From: Paecilomyces variotii
Taxonomy: Eukaryota
DNA length: 64,000 bases
Reading direction: 5' to 3' (one strand)
Assembly (NCBI GenBank): GCA_004022145.1
Contig: RCNU01000007.1
The translations under genes were made by a program, and so were the position numbers. The notes beneath the pieces are model-generated. The model saw only the letters and a list, made by a program, of their open reading frames with translations. It did not search any database and was not told where the DNA came from. Below, piece by piece: positions 38,082 to 51,580 of this stretch (position 1 is the first letter of the stretch; the number at the start of each line of letters is the position of its first letter).

Positions 38082-39821
38082 GGCCGCGGATGAATGTGAA
38101 TCTGGTCTCAGGAGGCTCATCCGCTGGATGCCTCGATGGGTTTATTTAAGGCCGGTCTTGACCGGAACCAGAGGAGCGGTGGACGGATGTAGTCGGGGGA
38201 AGACTTGGAGTGAGGGGGAGGAGGAGAATGAAGCGGAGCCGCCTAGACGAGACGACGGAGTGGGTTGTATGTAATATGGGCAGGTCGTCCAAAGGGCTCG
38301 AGAGATGGGGAGACAAGATTGAAGTTAGAGTACCCCAACAGCAGCGAGATAGGGTTAAAAAGGATAAAGGAGGAGTCTCAATGCCAGTCACTTCCTGCTG
38401 CACCCCGAGGTTACTGGTGACGGCTTAAAAAAAGCACTTGGTCGTCTTCCCCAAGTGGAGGGGAGCGTACACTAAGCGGCTGTCGGTCACCGAAGAATGC
38501 CAGGCGCGGGGCGCTAAAAGAAGCTTGCGAGCACGCGAGCGGGGGAAGACCGGTAGAGAAAACGCTGACAGATCAAGTCACGGCATGAGCAAGTTGCTGT
38601 TGATGGATGGATCTGGTTGAATTTAACAAAAGAAAGTGTAGAGGGGAGAGAGAGCGGGAGAGACAGAGAATCGATGGGCACAGTCTTGAATTAGTAAGAG
38701 AGTCTGGGAGGCAAAAGCAACGGACGTTAGAGAAGAAGATCCATTACGCGGGGACGATCCGATGCGGCAACCGATAAGGCAGCATTCGGACATGAGAACC
38801 CGTGGGATCAGAACAGCTATTGTTATTATTATTATAGAGTAGATGGTAATATTCCAAGGTTATTATTGCGCTTGTTAAGCTTCATAGGTCAATAATTCTA
38901 GCCGTCTTGGTCTAATGCACCTTGGTGGAAGCCTGTACCATACTTAAGTATCTATGAACTTAGCGGCGTAGCCATCAAGGCTCCAGGCTGGAAGAATATA
39001 GTACGTACTTAGTTATCTCTATTTAATTAACTAGTTATTTCCGTCAACTCTGGCTAAGAAATACAACAGCATTAGTTATTAGTTACTCCTCTGCCGTGCT
39101 TCCAGCGTAAAGGCCCATCGGGAGGGTCAATAATTTCCCAAGTACTGTACTTAAATGATCTCAGACGGCATACTTTGATACTCCGTAAGTAATTGCAGTA
39201 GAATGCCGTCAGGATTCAGTGTAAGCAGCCATGCAGGACAGGAAGGCCATTACTCCCTTTGTAGAACTACACAGCGCCCGAATCTCGATGGAATCTTGAA
39301 GGTCCTCGTCGATTTCCGTCTCCGTCCATGTCCAGGGCGGTGGAGGAGAAGGTTGGTGCGGTGCGTTGTTCGCTGCGCTCTCGCCGTCTCGCGGTCTCCG
39401 AACTTCAGCAGACGAATCACTCGAATCACAAACGGGCTCAACGTCGCCCAACGTCCATCGTTGCCAACACCTTCTTCACTCCATCTCGATCCGGATCCTC
39501 GACCATCTCCCTCATCGCTTTTCTGCCTCTAGCTGAAAGCCGCCGATTCTTACGTCTGATCCTAAAAGGAGTGCTCACCTTCTCGCTACTCAGCCAACCA
39601 GCTGCGGATGGCGAGTTGACGGTGACGACCGAGCGAGCACATCGATCGAGCTCCTCCCAGACAAACTTATGGCCAGACGAACGGCCACTCTTGATCACCA
39701 GGACCCTCTCGAGGACTTTTCCACCATCTCTCCCCCGTCGACCTCTACTGTATCGACTGTCTCTACTGGAGCTTCCGCCACCTCTTCTTCACTGAGGTAC
39801 TGCTGCCCGTCCATCTCCTAT

Positions 39822-39841
39822 TGATTGATTGATTGATTGAT
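39822..39841. repeat. (TTGA)n microsatellite upstream of UFD4
   Basis: Reads ttgattgattgattgattga. Confidence 0.85.
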
Positions 39842-40100
39842 CGATGCATTGCTCTTTGACCGCCATCCTCGTCGTCAACCCGTTTATCTCTTGTTGACCC
39901 TGGCACCGACTCAGGTGAACGGTATTTCCTACATCTGGCTGCTTCAGTTCCGCAGTGGTGACGGCATTACTGTTGTTCCTGATCCTATCTGCATACTCGT
40001 CATCTATTATCGCCCACCAGACTGCCCCTCTTCGCCATCTCTTGCTCGTCTTTTCTCGCACCACCACCACCGCCCGTTCTCTATCGGAAACCACTTGCTT

Positions 40101-43100
40101 ATGTCCTCCAGGATTACTCGCTCCGCTGCGAGACTGGCAGCTGAACCCCCTGTGTCCACCAGCACCGGAACCTCCGCCTCGATCCCCGCCGCCGGTCCGG
40201 CCCCATCTCGGAAACGGAAAGCCCCTGTACGACGTGACCGTTCCCTAGACGAGTCGGAGCGACCAACACCTGCATCACCTCCCCGGAGAGCAAAGAGACA
40301 ACGGACTGCAGCTTCCGCTCAGATCGCTGCACCAACGGAACCGCGACGCGGCCCTCGCAACGGTCCAGCAATGTCACAGCAGAGGTGCGTGAGCTCCCGT
40401 CCCCCTCCTTATCAAATCCCGGGAGATAGAGCTGACCAGCGGCCGCTACCCAGTTCGTCATCACGCCCCTCTGATGAGTCCTCGAGAGTCCCAGCATCCG
40501 CGTCTGCGTCGAGACGGAAATCAAGCAACAACAGAAAGACCACACAGGGTAAGGGTGATGGGATTTTGGTTCGAGGGACCGTCGGGTCGACTGACACAGA
40601 TCCCACTCTAGATGCTCGGACAGCCACCCAGTCGCCTCCCGCACGACGACAGAAGAAGCGACCGTCGAAGCAAAGCTCCGATCTTATCATGAAGGAATCA
40701 GAGGAGGACTACGCTGAAAGAGAGAAGAAGGAGGAACGGGATTCTTCGCCACCGAGTGAGAGCAATGACGGCACAAATCATTCTGCTTTCAACGACGACG
40801 ACGATGATGACGATGAAGACGATGAGGACCCCTTCCGCAGCAGTCTTTTCGGATCCAGGAGTCCGATGGGCCTACAAAGCACCCTTCGTGCGTTAAGCGG
40901 TATGATGTCGGGTACATCGTCGCGCTTGCGCGACATACTAAGTAATCTACGGATGAGAGATGATCCGTCGTTGCAGCTGATCGCATTGCAGGAGTTGTCG
41001 GATCTCCTGCTCGTCTCAAATGAAGATAATCTTTCAGGGCAGTTCTCACCGGACCCTTACGTCAAAGAATTAGTGGCCCTGATGCAGCCGAGTGATTTTG
41101 GAGAAGAGAACCCGGAGATTATGCTGCTAGCCTGTCGCTGCTTGGCCAACTTGATGGAAGCTCTGCGCGGTTCGGTGGCGAACGTGGTCTATGGCGGTGC
41201 GGTGCCAGTTCTGTGCCAAAAGCTCCTAGACATACAATTCATCGACTTGGCTGAACAAGCACTGAGTGTAAGTCTCTAGCGCCGTGTAAAGGTAATATGA
41301 TACATGAAACACTAACCCGATCCTACTATAGACTCTGGCAAAGATCTCCGTTGACTTTCCGGCATCTATCGTTCGCGAAGGTGGTCTGACGGCTTGTCTG
41401 ACCTATCTCGATTTCTTTCCCACCAGTACGCAACGGACTGCAGTCACGACAGCTGCCAATTGCTGCCGTAATCTGCCTCACGATGCCTTCCCTGTGGTTC
41501 GAGATGTCATGCCAACCCTTCTCAACGTCCTCTCAAGCAATGACCAAAAGGTCGTCGAGCAGGGATGCCTCTGTGTTTCAAGAATAGTGGAGAGCTTCAA
41601 GAACAAGCCCGACAAGCTGGAACAGTTGATCAAGCCTGAAATGCTGAAAGCAGTTTTGCGACTTTTGCTGCCGGGAACTACAAACTTGATCGGACCACAT
41701 ATCCATACCCAGTTTCTACGTGTCCTGGCTATTGTGTCAAAAGCCAGCCCACGTCTCTCCGTAGAACTGTTGAAGATGGATGTGGTCGACACTCTTTACC
41801 AGATCTTGACGGGCGTCTCTGCTCCACCCAATGTTGAAGGCGCGCCTATCAAGATTGACAATGTGCTGATAATGCAGGCCCTGATCCATCGGCCGCGAGA
41901 GCAGGTGTTCGAAACGCTCAATGTCATCTGTGAGCTGCTGCCAGAGATCCCTCGACGTGAATCCTCGCCTGTAGATGACGACCTATTGCGCGTTGGTTTG
42001 GACAGTGACATCGTTTTCAAGTCAGCGAAGATAAGGGAGACTGCAGAGAAGCGACGGCAGTTACTGCTGGATTGTCGGCCGGAGCTCAAGCGTTTTGCGA
42101 TGATTCTCATGCCAACGTTGACGGATGCTTACTCTAGTACGGTCAATCTGGGCGTGCGACAGAAGGTCCTCACTGCTCAGCTGAAAATGCTGCAGAACCT
42201 TGACGCTGCAGTGATCGAAGAAGCCCTGCGTATTGTCCCCTATGCGTCTTTCCTCGCCGCCATTCTTTCACAGAAGGACCATCCCTCCCTCGTGTCCTTG
42301 GCCTTGCAATGCGCTGAGATACTCTTCCAACGCCTGGAGAACATCTACCAGTATCAATTCCACCGTGAAGGGGTGATATCGGAAATTATCAAACTCGCCG
42401 AGAAACCTCTGTCAACCGACAGACACTCCAAGTCCCCCAGGGCTGCTACTTCTGAGAATGCGAGGTCAAATAAGCGCTCCGTATCCCCTGCTGGAAGTGA
42501 CGACATGACGGATAGGAGAGATGATACTCCTGAAAATGATGAGCACGATGACGAGGATGACCAGGATGTTGAAGAGGACGAAGACGACCAAGATGACGAC
42601 CAGGATGATGAGAATAATGACATGTCCGATTCGGAAACCTCTTCGTTTTCTAGCCGCCCCCTGTCCCAGACTATGGATGCCGTCATCAACGACCAGGTTG
42701 TCCGTCATGCCCGTGCCTTCTTGCAGCTATACGAGGCAAGCGAAGGCAAGGCTATGCATGATAGAGCCACCAAAATCCTCAATCAGCTACAAGAACTTGC
42801 GGCAGACATCGAGGCATGTTATCAGCACGGAGGCAGTGGCGAGGGCTCGGCTCTTTTTCAGAGATTGGCTTCCTACTTCGACGGAGATGCGCTGGAGAGC
42901 ATTACCAGCTCCGAGTTGCTCAATTCTGGTATTATCAAGGTCTTACTGGATGTTGTTGGTAACCCTCAAGGTATGGCCATGACGCCCTCCCCCCGACACC
43001 CCCCTCCCCCAGCTCATGTCGATGATATATTGACACTTGTTCTTATCCACAGCTCCCTCTATGCGTGCTGCTCGCACGGCCTTCTTGCAGGCCTTCATGG

Positions 43101-45994
43101 GTAAAACCATTTCAGATGAGGCCAAGAGCCAGACGTCTGCTACCACCCCTTTCTCTATTCTTATTCAAAAACTCCACGATCTCCTCAGTAGAACAGAACA
43201 TTTCGAAGTCATCACCGTCAGTCACAACTTGTTGGAGAACACCCGCAGCAATGCCGCCTACATGCTTGGCAAACAGCTTCGACTCAAATTGGTGGCAGAC
43301 GACGACTCTGATATCCCCCGACCATATAAGAACATCATGGTTTCGATCCACGCTATTGCCACTTTCAAATCACTTGACGATTTCCTACGTCCTCGCATCA
43401 GCTTATCTGATCGGCCTAGGGTCTCACGAACAAGAGAGACCATTCTTTCTCAGCTTGCCGGTGCCGCACGACTTCGTGATTTCCCCGGTGGCGGTAGTGA
43501 TCTTCTAGGCGGTGATTCGTCGACTACACAACCGCAATCGCGCACCAACTCTGGTACGCATGATGCGGAGCTTGCCGCTAGTGCAAAGCACCCTTTGGCG
43601 CAGCGCTCATCTACGGATAGCTCGCGCGGCCGTCGAGGGACTAGTAGGCGGGCAAGCCGCCAGGAATCTGCCCACTCAGAGGATGAACGAGCGAATGAAC
43701 CACTGGAGTGCGCAGACGAGAGGCAGTTGAGCGAAGATGAGGACGACGATGACGGTGCAGACGAAGATGAGCTCAATGCTATCGTTGACGATCTGGACGA
43801 TGATATGTCCGACGACAATGCACCGGATCCTAGCGCAGTCAATATGGAGGTTGCCTCTACGGGCAGAATCACAGCGCGAAAGGAAGATGGTACCCGCGTA
43901 GCAACCCCCTCGCAGTCGACGCCGACTTCCAAGCCTCCCTCATCAGCAGCCAACTCTGGGCTACAGTCGATGGGTGGTAGTTCGCTAGCTCTTGCTGGTC
44001 GTCCATTTTCGTCATACGCTGCGGCTATGGCTTCGATTCCTCAGGACTGGCATATCGAATTCACTATGGACGGCAAGCCCATCTCAAACGAGACGACTAT
44101 CTATCGCGCAGTTCACCAGCAGCGTGAGAATTTGGAGGAGTCCTATGGCAGAAATGTCTGGTCCGCTGTGCACACTGTGAAGTTCAGGCGTGTTCCTGGA
44201 CCGCCACCTCCTGAGCCATCTACACTCGCAGCTGTGGGATCCGACACTTCTACCCATGAAGATGACTCCAGATTGCCCCCTTCTCTCAATAAGGACCCCA
44301 CCACTGCCTCTATCCTTCAACTGCTGGGCGTATTGCACGAGATCAACGTCCATCTGGATGACATACTGACCGAAAGCAAGGAACTGATTGCCATCACACC
44401 TGAACCGTTGAACCAGTTCATCAACACGAAGCTTACTGCGAAGCTCAACCGACAGCTAGAGGAGCCATTGATAGTTGCCAGCAGTTGTCTCCCGAGCTGG
44501 AGCGAAGACCTTGCGCGTCAGTTCCCATTCCTGTTCCCGTTTGAAACAAGGCATTTGTTCCTCCAATCGACGGCATTTGGCTACTCCCGGTCGATGATGA
44601 GATGGCAGAATTCTCAGTCTGGGGATGATAGCCGCCGTGATCAAGGACATGATGATCGTCCATTCCTGGGGCGTCTTCAGCGGCAAAAGGTTCGAATCTC
44701 CAGGTCTCGAATTCTAGAGTCAGCCATGAAGGTCATGGAGCTCTATGGATCGTCGCCTAGTGTTTTGGAGGTCGAGTACTTTGAGGAGGTCGGCACCGGC
44801 TTGGGCCCTACTCTTGAATTTTACTCCACTGTTTCCAAGGAATTCTCAAAGAAGAAACTTAAGATCTGGAGGGAGAATGAGTCAAACGATCGCGATGAAT
44901 ATGCCTTTGGCAAGCTAGGTCTCTTCCCAGCCCCAATGAGTGACGAACAGGCAGCCAGTGAAGCAGGCAAGAAGCAACTGCAGCTCTTCAAGACCTTGGG
45001 TAAATTTGTTGCTCGCTCGATGCTTGATTCGCGAATCATCGATATCTCGTTCAACCCTACGTTCTTCCGTATTGGTGACAGTGCGTCTACAGTGACACCG
45101 TCATTGGGCACAGTGAAGGCTGTCGACCAAGATCTGGCGAATTCTCTTCTTCTCGTCAAGCGGTTTGCCAATGCTAAGAAGTCAATTGACGAAGACAAGG
45201 CTCTGTCTCCCGCCCAGAAAGTTCAATGTCTCCGACAAATCGAGGTCGACGGTGTTAAGGTAGAGGATCTAGCGCTTGATTTCACTCTCCCGGGATATCC
45301 TGCCATTGAGTTGATCAAGAACGGTGCCAACATCCCAGTGACGATCGATAATGTCGATCTCTATCTCGATCGAGTCATCGACATGACTCTTGGTAGCGGT
45401 GTTAGACGTCAAGTAGATGCTTTCCGATCAGGCTTCTCACAAGTTTTCCCGTATTCCTCACTTCGCGCCTTCACCCCCAATGAGCTGGTCATGCTGTTTG
45501 GCCGGGTAGAGGAAGATTGGTCTATTGAAAGTAAGCTGCAGCAGTCTTTATGGTTTGTCTGTCTTTTGCTAACATCGCCTTTCAGCACTCATGGATTCAA
45601 TCAAGGCGGACCACGGTTTCAACATGGATAGCAGGAGCGTGCGGAACCTTCTGCAGACCATGAGCGCACTGAATCCTCAAGAGCGTCGAGACTTCCTTCA
45701 GTTTGTCACCGGTAGCCCTAAGCTTCCAATTGGAGGTGAGTTGAAATTGCCGTGTTATTGTCGCGCTATTTGGCACTAAACTAACATGCGCATGTAGGGT
45801 TCAAAAGTCTGACGCCTATGTTCACCGTCGTCTGCCGCCCCAGCGAACCACCATATACATCTGATGACTATTTGCCTAGCGTAATGACCTGCGTGAACTA
45901 TCTCAAGCTTCCTGATTACAGCAGCTTAGACATCCTTCGACAGCGGCTGTCTGTGGCGATCAAGGAAGGCCAGGGAGCTTTTCATCTGTCGTAA
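40101..45994 (+). CDS. UFD4: HECT E3 ubiquitin ligase Ufd4/TRIP12 (multi-exon)
   Basis: [12 protein letters not shown] start and ARM region ([22 protein letters not shown]). HECT domain contains [31 protein letters not shown] and [16 protein letters not shown], ending GQGAFHLS*. Confidence 0.95.
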
Positions 45995-46636
45995 TCTTTT
46001 TTTCCCCGCCTTTATTCTGTCTCTGTTCGCTTCTCACATCTTTTTCTTATCTTTTTCCCCTTGCGGACTGATAGTAAAGTTACCCATTGTCACCTCATAA
46101 ACATACCCTGATTATTTCGGAACGGACAAGGTTGTTTTGCTAGCATGGTCAATCAGGGTCTAGGGCTGGTGGGGGTTGTCTTGATTCTGACCGGTTGTCG
46201 ATCCAGACTTCGTTGCTCAGGCGCATTGGCTGTGTGTAATCAAATATGATTTAGACTGCAATGAATACATGAACAATAGCACCTGTGCAATGATCGTTCC
46301 TTATGACTTGATATTGGAAGTTATCTCTCCCTGCGTGCTCTCCTCTTACTCCGGCCTCTCTGAATAATAACTATAATATTGCTTTGTTTAATTATCTATC
46401 TACCCAAGTCTATGTCTATAATCTATCTGTCTATCATGCAAATGATGAGGGTAACGTATTCCATCAAATGAGAAAATCAAAAAAAGCAAGCCGTATCTAA
46501 ACCGGATTATAAATAACCCCATACTAGTAGTTAATTCAACTGTTGTAAACTGAGTAGCGGATCAGTGCCCGAGGCCACCAGGTCCGGTCCTCTCCGGGAT
46601 CAGTCCGTCTGAAGGGTACTTATCCCATCTCAGCTC

Positions 46637-47513
46637 TTATATAACGAGGGCATAGACTACATGCCATGATGAATCATTAGTCAAAAACACCTCCGGAAAC
46701 AAGAAAACAGCAAGGATAGAAAGGGAAGCTGGATATACTCACATCCGCAAACTTCGGCTCCACAAACAACGACTTTCCCTCGGCAACCACCACACTCTCC
46801 CCCTCCCCCTCATTTCCATTGCCGTCCCCTCTCGCCAACATCTCCAACTTGCCTTCCACCCACGCCTTCCTCCCCTCCACGCTAACCGTCCTCGACTTCA
46901 ACGCATACCACTCGCCCGGCCTCGCTGGCGCGCGATAATCCACGCTCAAATTCGCCGTAACGCCCAACTTGCTCTTAAAATTCGGCATGGCCAGCCTCGC
47001 AAACACTTCGTCAAACATCACCGACAACAGACCTCCATGGACGAAGCCCGGATGGCCACATAGTTCAGGTCCGATGTAGAAAAAGGAAACGAGTTCATTC
47101 GACGCTTTTGAGTAGAACATGTACGGTGGCAGGGGGATCTTAGCTGAGCCGGCCAACGCGCCCGCGACGAGATGGTAGGGTTTCAGAGACGCGTCCATTG
47201 TCTCGTGAGGACGGGTCTCGTAGAATGAGGAGTTTTGACGATGTGATTGGAACAGAGGGTGGGAGGTAATTTGTGATTCTAACACGGAACGGGATGGTGT
47301 GCTTGTGAGCTCGGTAATTGAAGGTGTGTTGTGTTCTGATGATGATGATGATGATGATGATGGGCTATTTTCGTCGTAGCCCACGGCGGATATTTGCATT
47401 GGTCGTGAGAGCCTCGGGGCAGTGGTGGTGGATGAGGATATCTGCGTCCCATATTGGGAGATAAGGGGACGCAATCGTGAAGAGAGCCGCGAGGCTCGAG
47501 GGAGGAGGAACAT
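46637..47513 (-). CDS. Hotdog-fold (PaaI-like) thioesterase, probably mitochondrial (intron ~46657-46742)
   Basis: CGHPGFVHGGLLSVMFDE, VTANLSVDYRAP and GRKAWVEG motifs. Arg/Ser-rich presequence. Short last exon SMPLVI*. Confidence 0.88.
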
Positions 47514-49758
47514 TTTGGATGCGATTCCTGGGTAGGCTTTGGTATCTAGATGAGGGATTATATATCTGAATTTGCCAGTCAGTAAGTGCTAACTTGGATG
47601 ATATATCGCGAGTTTGGAATTGATTCTACAGACGGATCATACAAAACGGCAAGGAAGCGCAACCACCAACTTATGGTATGTACGTACCTGAAGTATTGGC
47701 AGTTATTCGCTTATCGTCACCACAAATGACGTGCCTGAGCTTCTTCGGTCGAAGATGGCGCAGGAAATGAAACGGGTAATAACAGATCTGACCAGTTGGT
47801 ATGTTCGATCTTGTGAAATCAGGCAAAGAAAAAAGCAGACGTCGAAACAAAGATCGCGCACCCTAGAGTAGAGGAGGAGTAAGGGTCTCGGAAGGCCGTG
47901 GAATCCTCCAATCTGGCGGGCCTGACCGAGGTGGTGGTGATTACAGAAAAGTTTAAGCTGGTGGGTCACTGGACTATTTTTTTTACACATGGTCGCTTTT
48001 TTTTTCTTTTCTTTTCCCATCCAGGCGTGGCTGGTGGAGTCTTTGTCTATTTCCGTCTGGTTTCGGGATGAGTATCGGCAAGCCGAACTGATAAGATTTG
48101 ACCAGATCAATCAATCCAAGAACTGCTTCCGATTTTCCCTTCCGCTCGGGATAGCAAAAGTCAAAAAGCGCATACTCTATCTATGGTACTTGACGAAGGC
48201 ATCTACAACAATACATACAGTAACTTACAATCCCTCTACCTACCAGATCTCTAAGTAGTACTCTAGACTAGACCAGACTAGACTATGCGGAATGACGATC
48301 TCTTTTCGCCCGAGTGCAGGGATCCTTATATTTCCGATATCCATGTGCTAGTTAGTTATTATTATCACTAGATAGATAGATCCTCGAGCACTCTAGTAAC
48401 TAGTAAGATGAGCCTGTAAGAGATTCCTATCCACCCCGTGCTTATCAGCCTTTCGGAATAACGGAAGTTTAGAACAAGCAAAACTGCCATATGCGGTTAG
48501 AAAGATCTACTAGTACTGTACATGTTGTCTGTGCTGTGACGGGTTGAACTCGTCGTTGGCAACGGTCTCTCCGCATCGCGGAGTAAAACGGGATAGATCA
48601 GGTTGTTTCGGAGGTTGTTGCCTTTCTTTGCGCCATTATTATTTTTTGGGGAATTTGTAATTCAGATGAAGATAGGATGGTGTGTACCTTGGCAGGTTGT
48701 ATGTACCAAAGCTGAAAAGCTGCCCGGTTGGCCAAATGGGGAAAAATAATTACATTTAATGGCCGGTGCCAAAGCGCATAATTCTTGAATAATAATAGTT
48801 ATCGCTCACAGTACGCTTTATCTATCTATATGATCTCTGAATATGTCGAAATTACTGCTTTCTAAATTAGAGACACTATGAACTACTACAATCTTCGGAC
48901 GGGCGCATTAAGATATGTATGTACATATATACCTACATACATACCTACATTAGCGCATGACACATGCAGGGTTTTATTATACAAGTTATGTTATAACTAC
49001 CCCCTGCGTAAATAAGTACGACAATTATCGCTCATCTTCTATCATCCATTGGCGCATAATGAACTACTCCCAAGGCTCAGCACAAGGCGGACCAGTGGCG
49101 CAGCGCTTCGCACTCGACCTTCAACCATTAGGCTGACCTACTACCGTACCTAAATGCCTGCGAAGGCTAGCGGCAAGGCTCACCAGAATCTATACATCTT
49201 GCCCCTGTGGCGAGAGAATGATTGCATGTAATCCATCTATTATGTATGTTGATGTTGATGTTGGTTAATTCCCAGAGACTCTAAAGGAAGAGTAACAGAA
49301 TGCTTATTATTATTGATTCTTTAGGAATCAAGCTTAAAGCCACCTATCTAAACTATCTTAATGCGACACTCTAGCCTAAAGAGAAAGATAAGGGGGATTT
49401 CCTACTACTAGGAAGCTGAAAGAGATCTCCTACTTCTATGAAGGTGAGGGAGATCGCATGCCAAAGTCGTGTTACCTTTATGTTGGGAAGGTATGCAGCT
49501 TCCCCTGTCTTGATGCAGGGATTAATCCATCGCAGGTGTTGGTTGTTGCCCACCCAAGCCACACTGCTTTGTTCAACTTTGTTCAAACAGGAGATATAAG
49601 ATGATTCCCAATCCACCACCAGATGAGCGGTTTCATTGCAATATATCGCTCCATCGTCTTTCTCTTGTCTCTGTGTTCTGATATTGGACACAGTCTCTTT
49701 TGGAACACATTCAACTGCTCAGCATCTCCATACTAGACCTGCTGCTCGTCTAGTAAAT

Positions 49759-50550
49759 ATGGGCAAGCTGGTAGATTCGATGCTTAGGCTTTGCCCTGGA
49801 ACCTGCGCATCTTCCCATCTTCATGATGAAAGGCTTCATCTTCCTTTATTCCTTGTGAGAGCAACACATGATGGTTCTCCAAACCATATCCCACCCACAA
49901 GCCAGCTCGACCCCGACGGCAGTATGTGGCCTCGACACCGCATCACACGTCCTGTCACTCGCGCCGAAGTCCGTTGCCACTTGGACAAATACTCACGGAT
50001 CCCGACACAATTCCTCTCCTTCACAACATGGTACCACCTCCATTCGAGAATAGAAACATGGAAAAAGGCAGGCGTGCAGAACATCCGTGTCCACTTCGTC
50101 CTTACGACGGCTTTACCCGATACGACTGAAATATATCGAGCAACTGGTTTGATCGAGAATTTCCAACTCCAGCGACAACCATGGAACGAAGAAGAATATC
50201 TTCTGCGTGGGCCCGTGGGCCGTAACGCGATCATTTTCTCCCTCTCCGGTGATGGGGAGGATATCCTTGCTGGGATCCCTTTGTTTGGATTCCGATACAA
50301 GGAGCCTATATTGAACTGTTTTCAGTTCCGGTATGCACTGGAGCTCTTACCGACAGCATTCTTCTACGGTGGAAATGATACTCACGTTTCTGAAGATGAA
50401 CTGAGGGAGCGCGTTCGGGAATTTCCTGATACCTTGGAACCTTTGGGTAACGAGAATGCGTTGTGCAGGTTGTTCTTTGATGCGTTGACACGAGGAAAGT
50501 TCTTTACGGTCAAGGACTTCGAAGTGTATCGAGGAGAAATCGGGTTATGA
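49759..50550 (+). CDS. Hypothetical protein with ADP-ribosyltransferase-like motif pattern
   Basis: Intronless ORF with first ATG at 49759. Motifs LVRA, HL, PTQFLSFT and EEEYLLRGPV. Confidence 0.65.
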   Translation: MGKLVDSMLRLCPGTCASSHLHDERLHLPLFLVRATHDGSPNHIPPTSQLDPDGSMWPRHRITRPVTRAEVRCHLDKYSRIPTQFLSFTTWYHLHSRIETWKKAGVQNIRVHFVLTTALPDTTEIYRATGLIENFQLQRQPWNEEEYLLRGPVGRNAIIFSLSGDGEDILAGIPLFGFRYKEPILNCFQFRYALELLPTAFFYGGNDTHVSEDELRERVREFPDTLEPLGNENALCRLFFDALTRGKFFTVKDFEVYRGEIGL

Positions 50551-50897
50551 TTTGTTTATTTGCTATTTCGTTTTCCGTCCGCTGATGTAGTTAGCTAAGA
50601 GTATGAGAGGTATGATATAGATTGTTTCGGGAGATATAAACACCCCGCTAAATAATGATTCAATGCGTAGTATAGTATAGTACAAGATCATCTAGAATAT
50701 ATTGCGGAACACCAGAATTTATGCCGGTAATTCCAGTACGTCCCCGTCCTGGAGGGAATCGCTTAGGTTTGCGTCGACCTCATCGGCCGGCGTCAAGCAA
50801 TCGAATGCAATATCATCCGTAACGCCTCGCTTTTTGAGAACGGAGAATTCTGTTTCCAAAATAGAGCACTCAGGTGAGAAAAGAAAGAAAAAAAAGT

Positions 50898-51580
50898 CTA
50901 TTCTTCGCCTTCTTCTCCCTTATTTTGTATCGCCCGCATGAGTTCGTATAGTTGTCCGAGCTGCTGGTCTATAGGGATTTAAGAAGAACCGTCAGCACAA
51001 TTCCCTAGACGACTGCGCCATACGCCATTTGGGAAGGATCGAATGAATAGGATCTATTTCCCAACTCACCGCTCATCTTGTCCAGCTTCGCCTTATCCAG
51101 CTTCTCGCCCTTCCATTTATCGCCTTCCACCTGCTGCGCATATAATTGCCATTCCGTCAGGAATCCAATCTGTATCAATTCACCTCGTCAGTATCATGTC
51201 TCTATCCCCCCCCCCCCCCCCCCCCCCCTTTTTTTTTTTATCTCCCCCTTCCCCATCCGTCCATAATCATCCAACCCGGTATATCTCGACTGCGCTGCAC
51301 GTCCCAAACTGCAGCAATCCCAGGACCCCAGATCCAACATTTCGGGGCGTATTTAACGTACAATATGAATCGGATTCTCGACATTGCGATGCGCTCTAAA
51401 TTCACTCTTAACGTACTCATCGCCCAGCAGACGCAACTCCGGGGGCAAGGTACGATGCAGGCGGAGGATGCGGCGATAGAGCGGAATCGGCGGGAGCAGA
51501 GCCATCGGCGCGGGACCGAGATTGGCTTTGGAGCCGATGGACGAGGGCGTAGCCATCAGCAGACGCTGGAAGGCTCTCAT
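50898..51580 (-). CDS. SDH7: Succinate dehydrogenase assembly factor 3 (Sdh7/Acn9), LYR family; 3 exons
   Basis: [16 protein letters not shown]...[22 protein letters not shown] and [10 protein letters not shown]. Confidence 0.93.
51206..51239. repeat. C23T11 homopolymer (A11G23 on the transcribed strand) in SDH7 intron 1
   Basis: Direct reading. Confidence 0.9.

Noticed and set aside
39837-40100. Apparent N-terminal extension of UFD4 in the ORF track
   Set aside because: It has a non-ATG start inside a microsatellite and UTR-like composition; ATG 40101 fits the family start.
47700-47900. Protein-like fragment (YSLIVTTNDVPELLRSK...) followed by a GTATGT donor
   Set aside because: Too short, with no start and no supportable homology.
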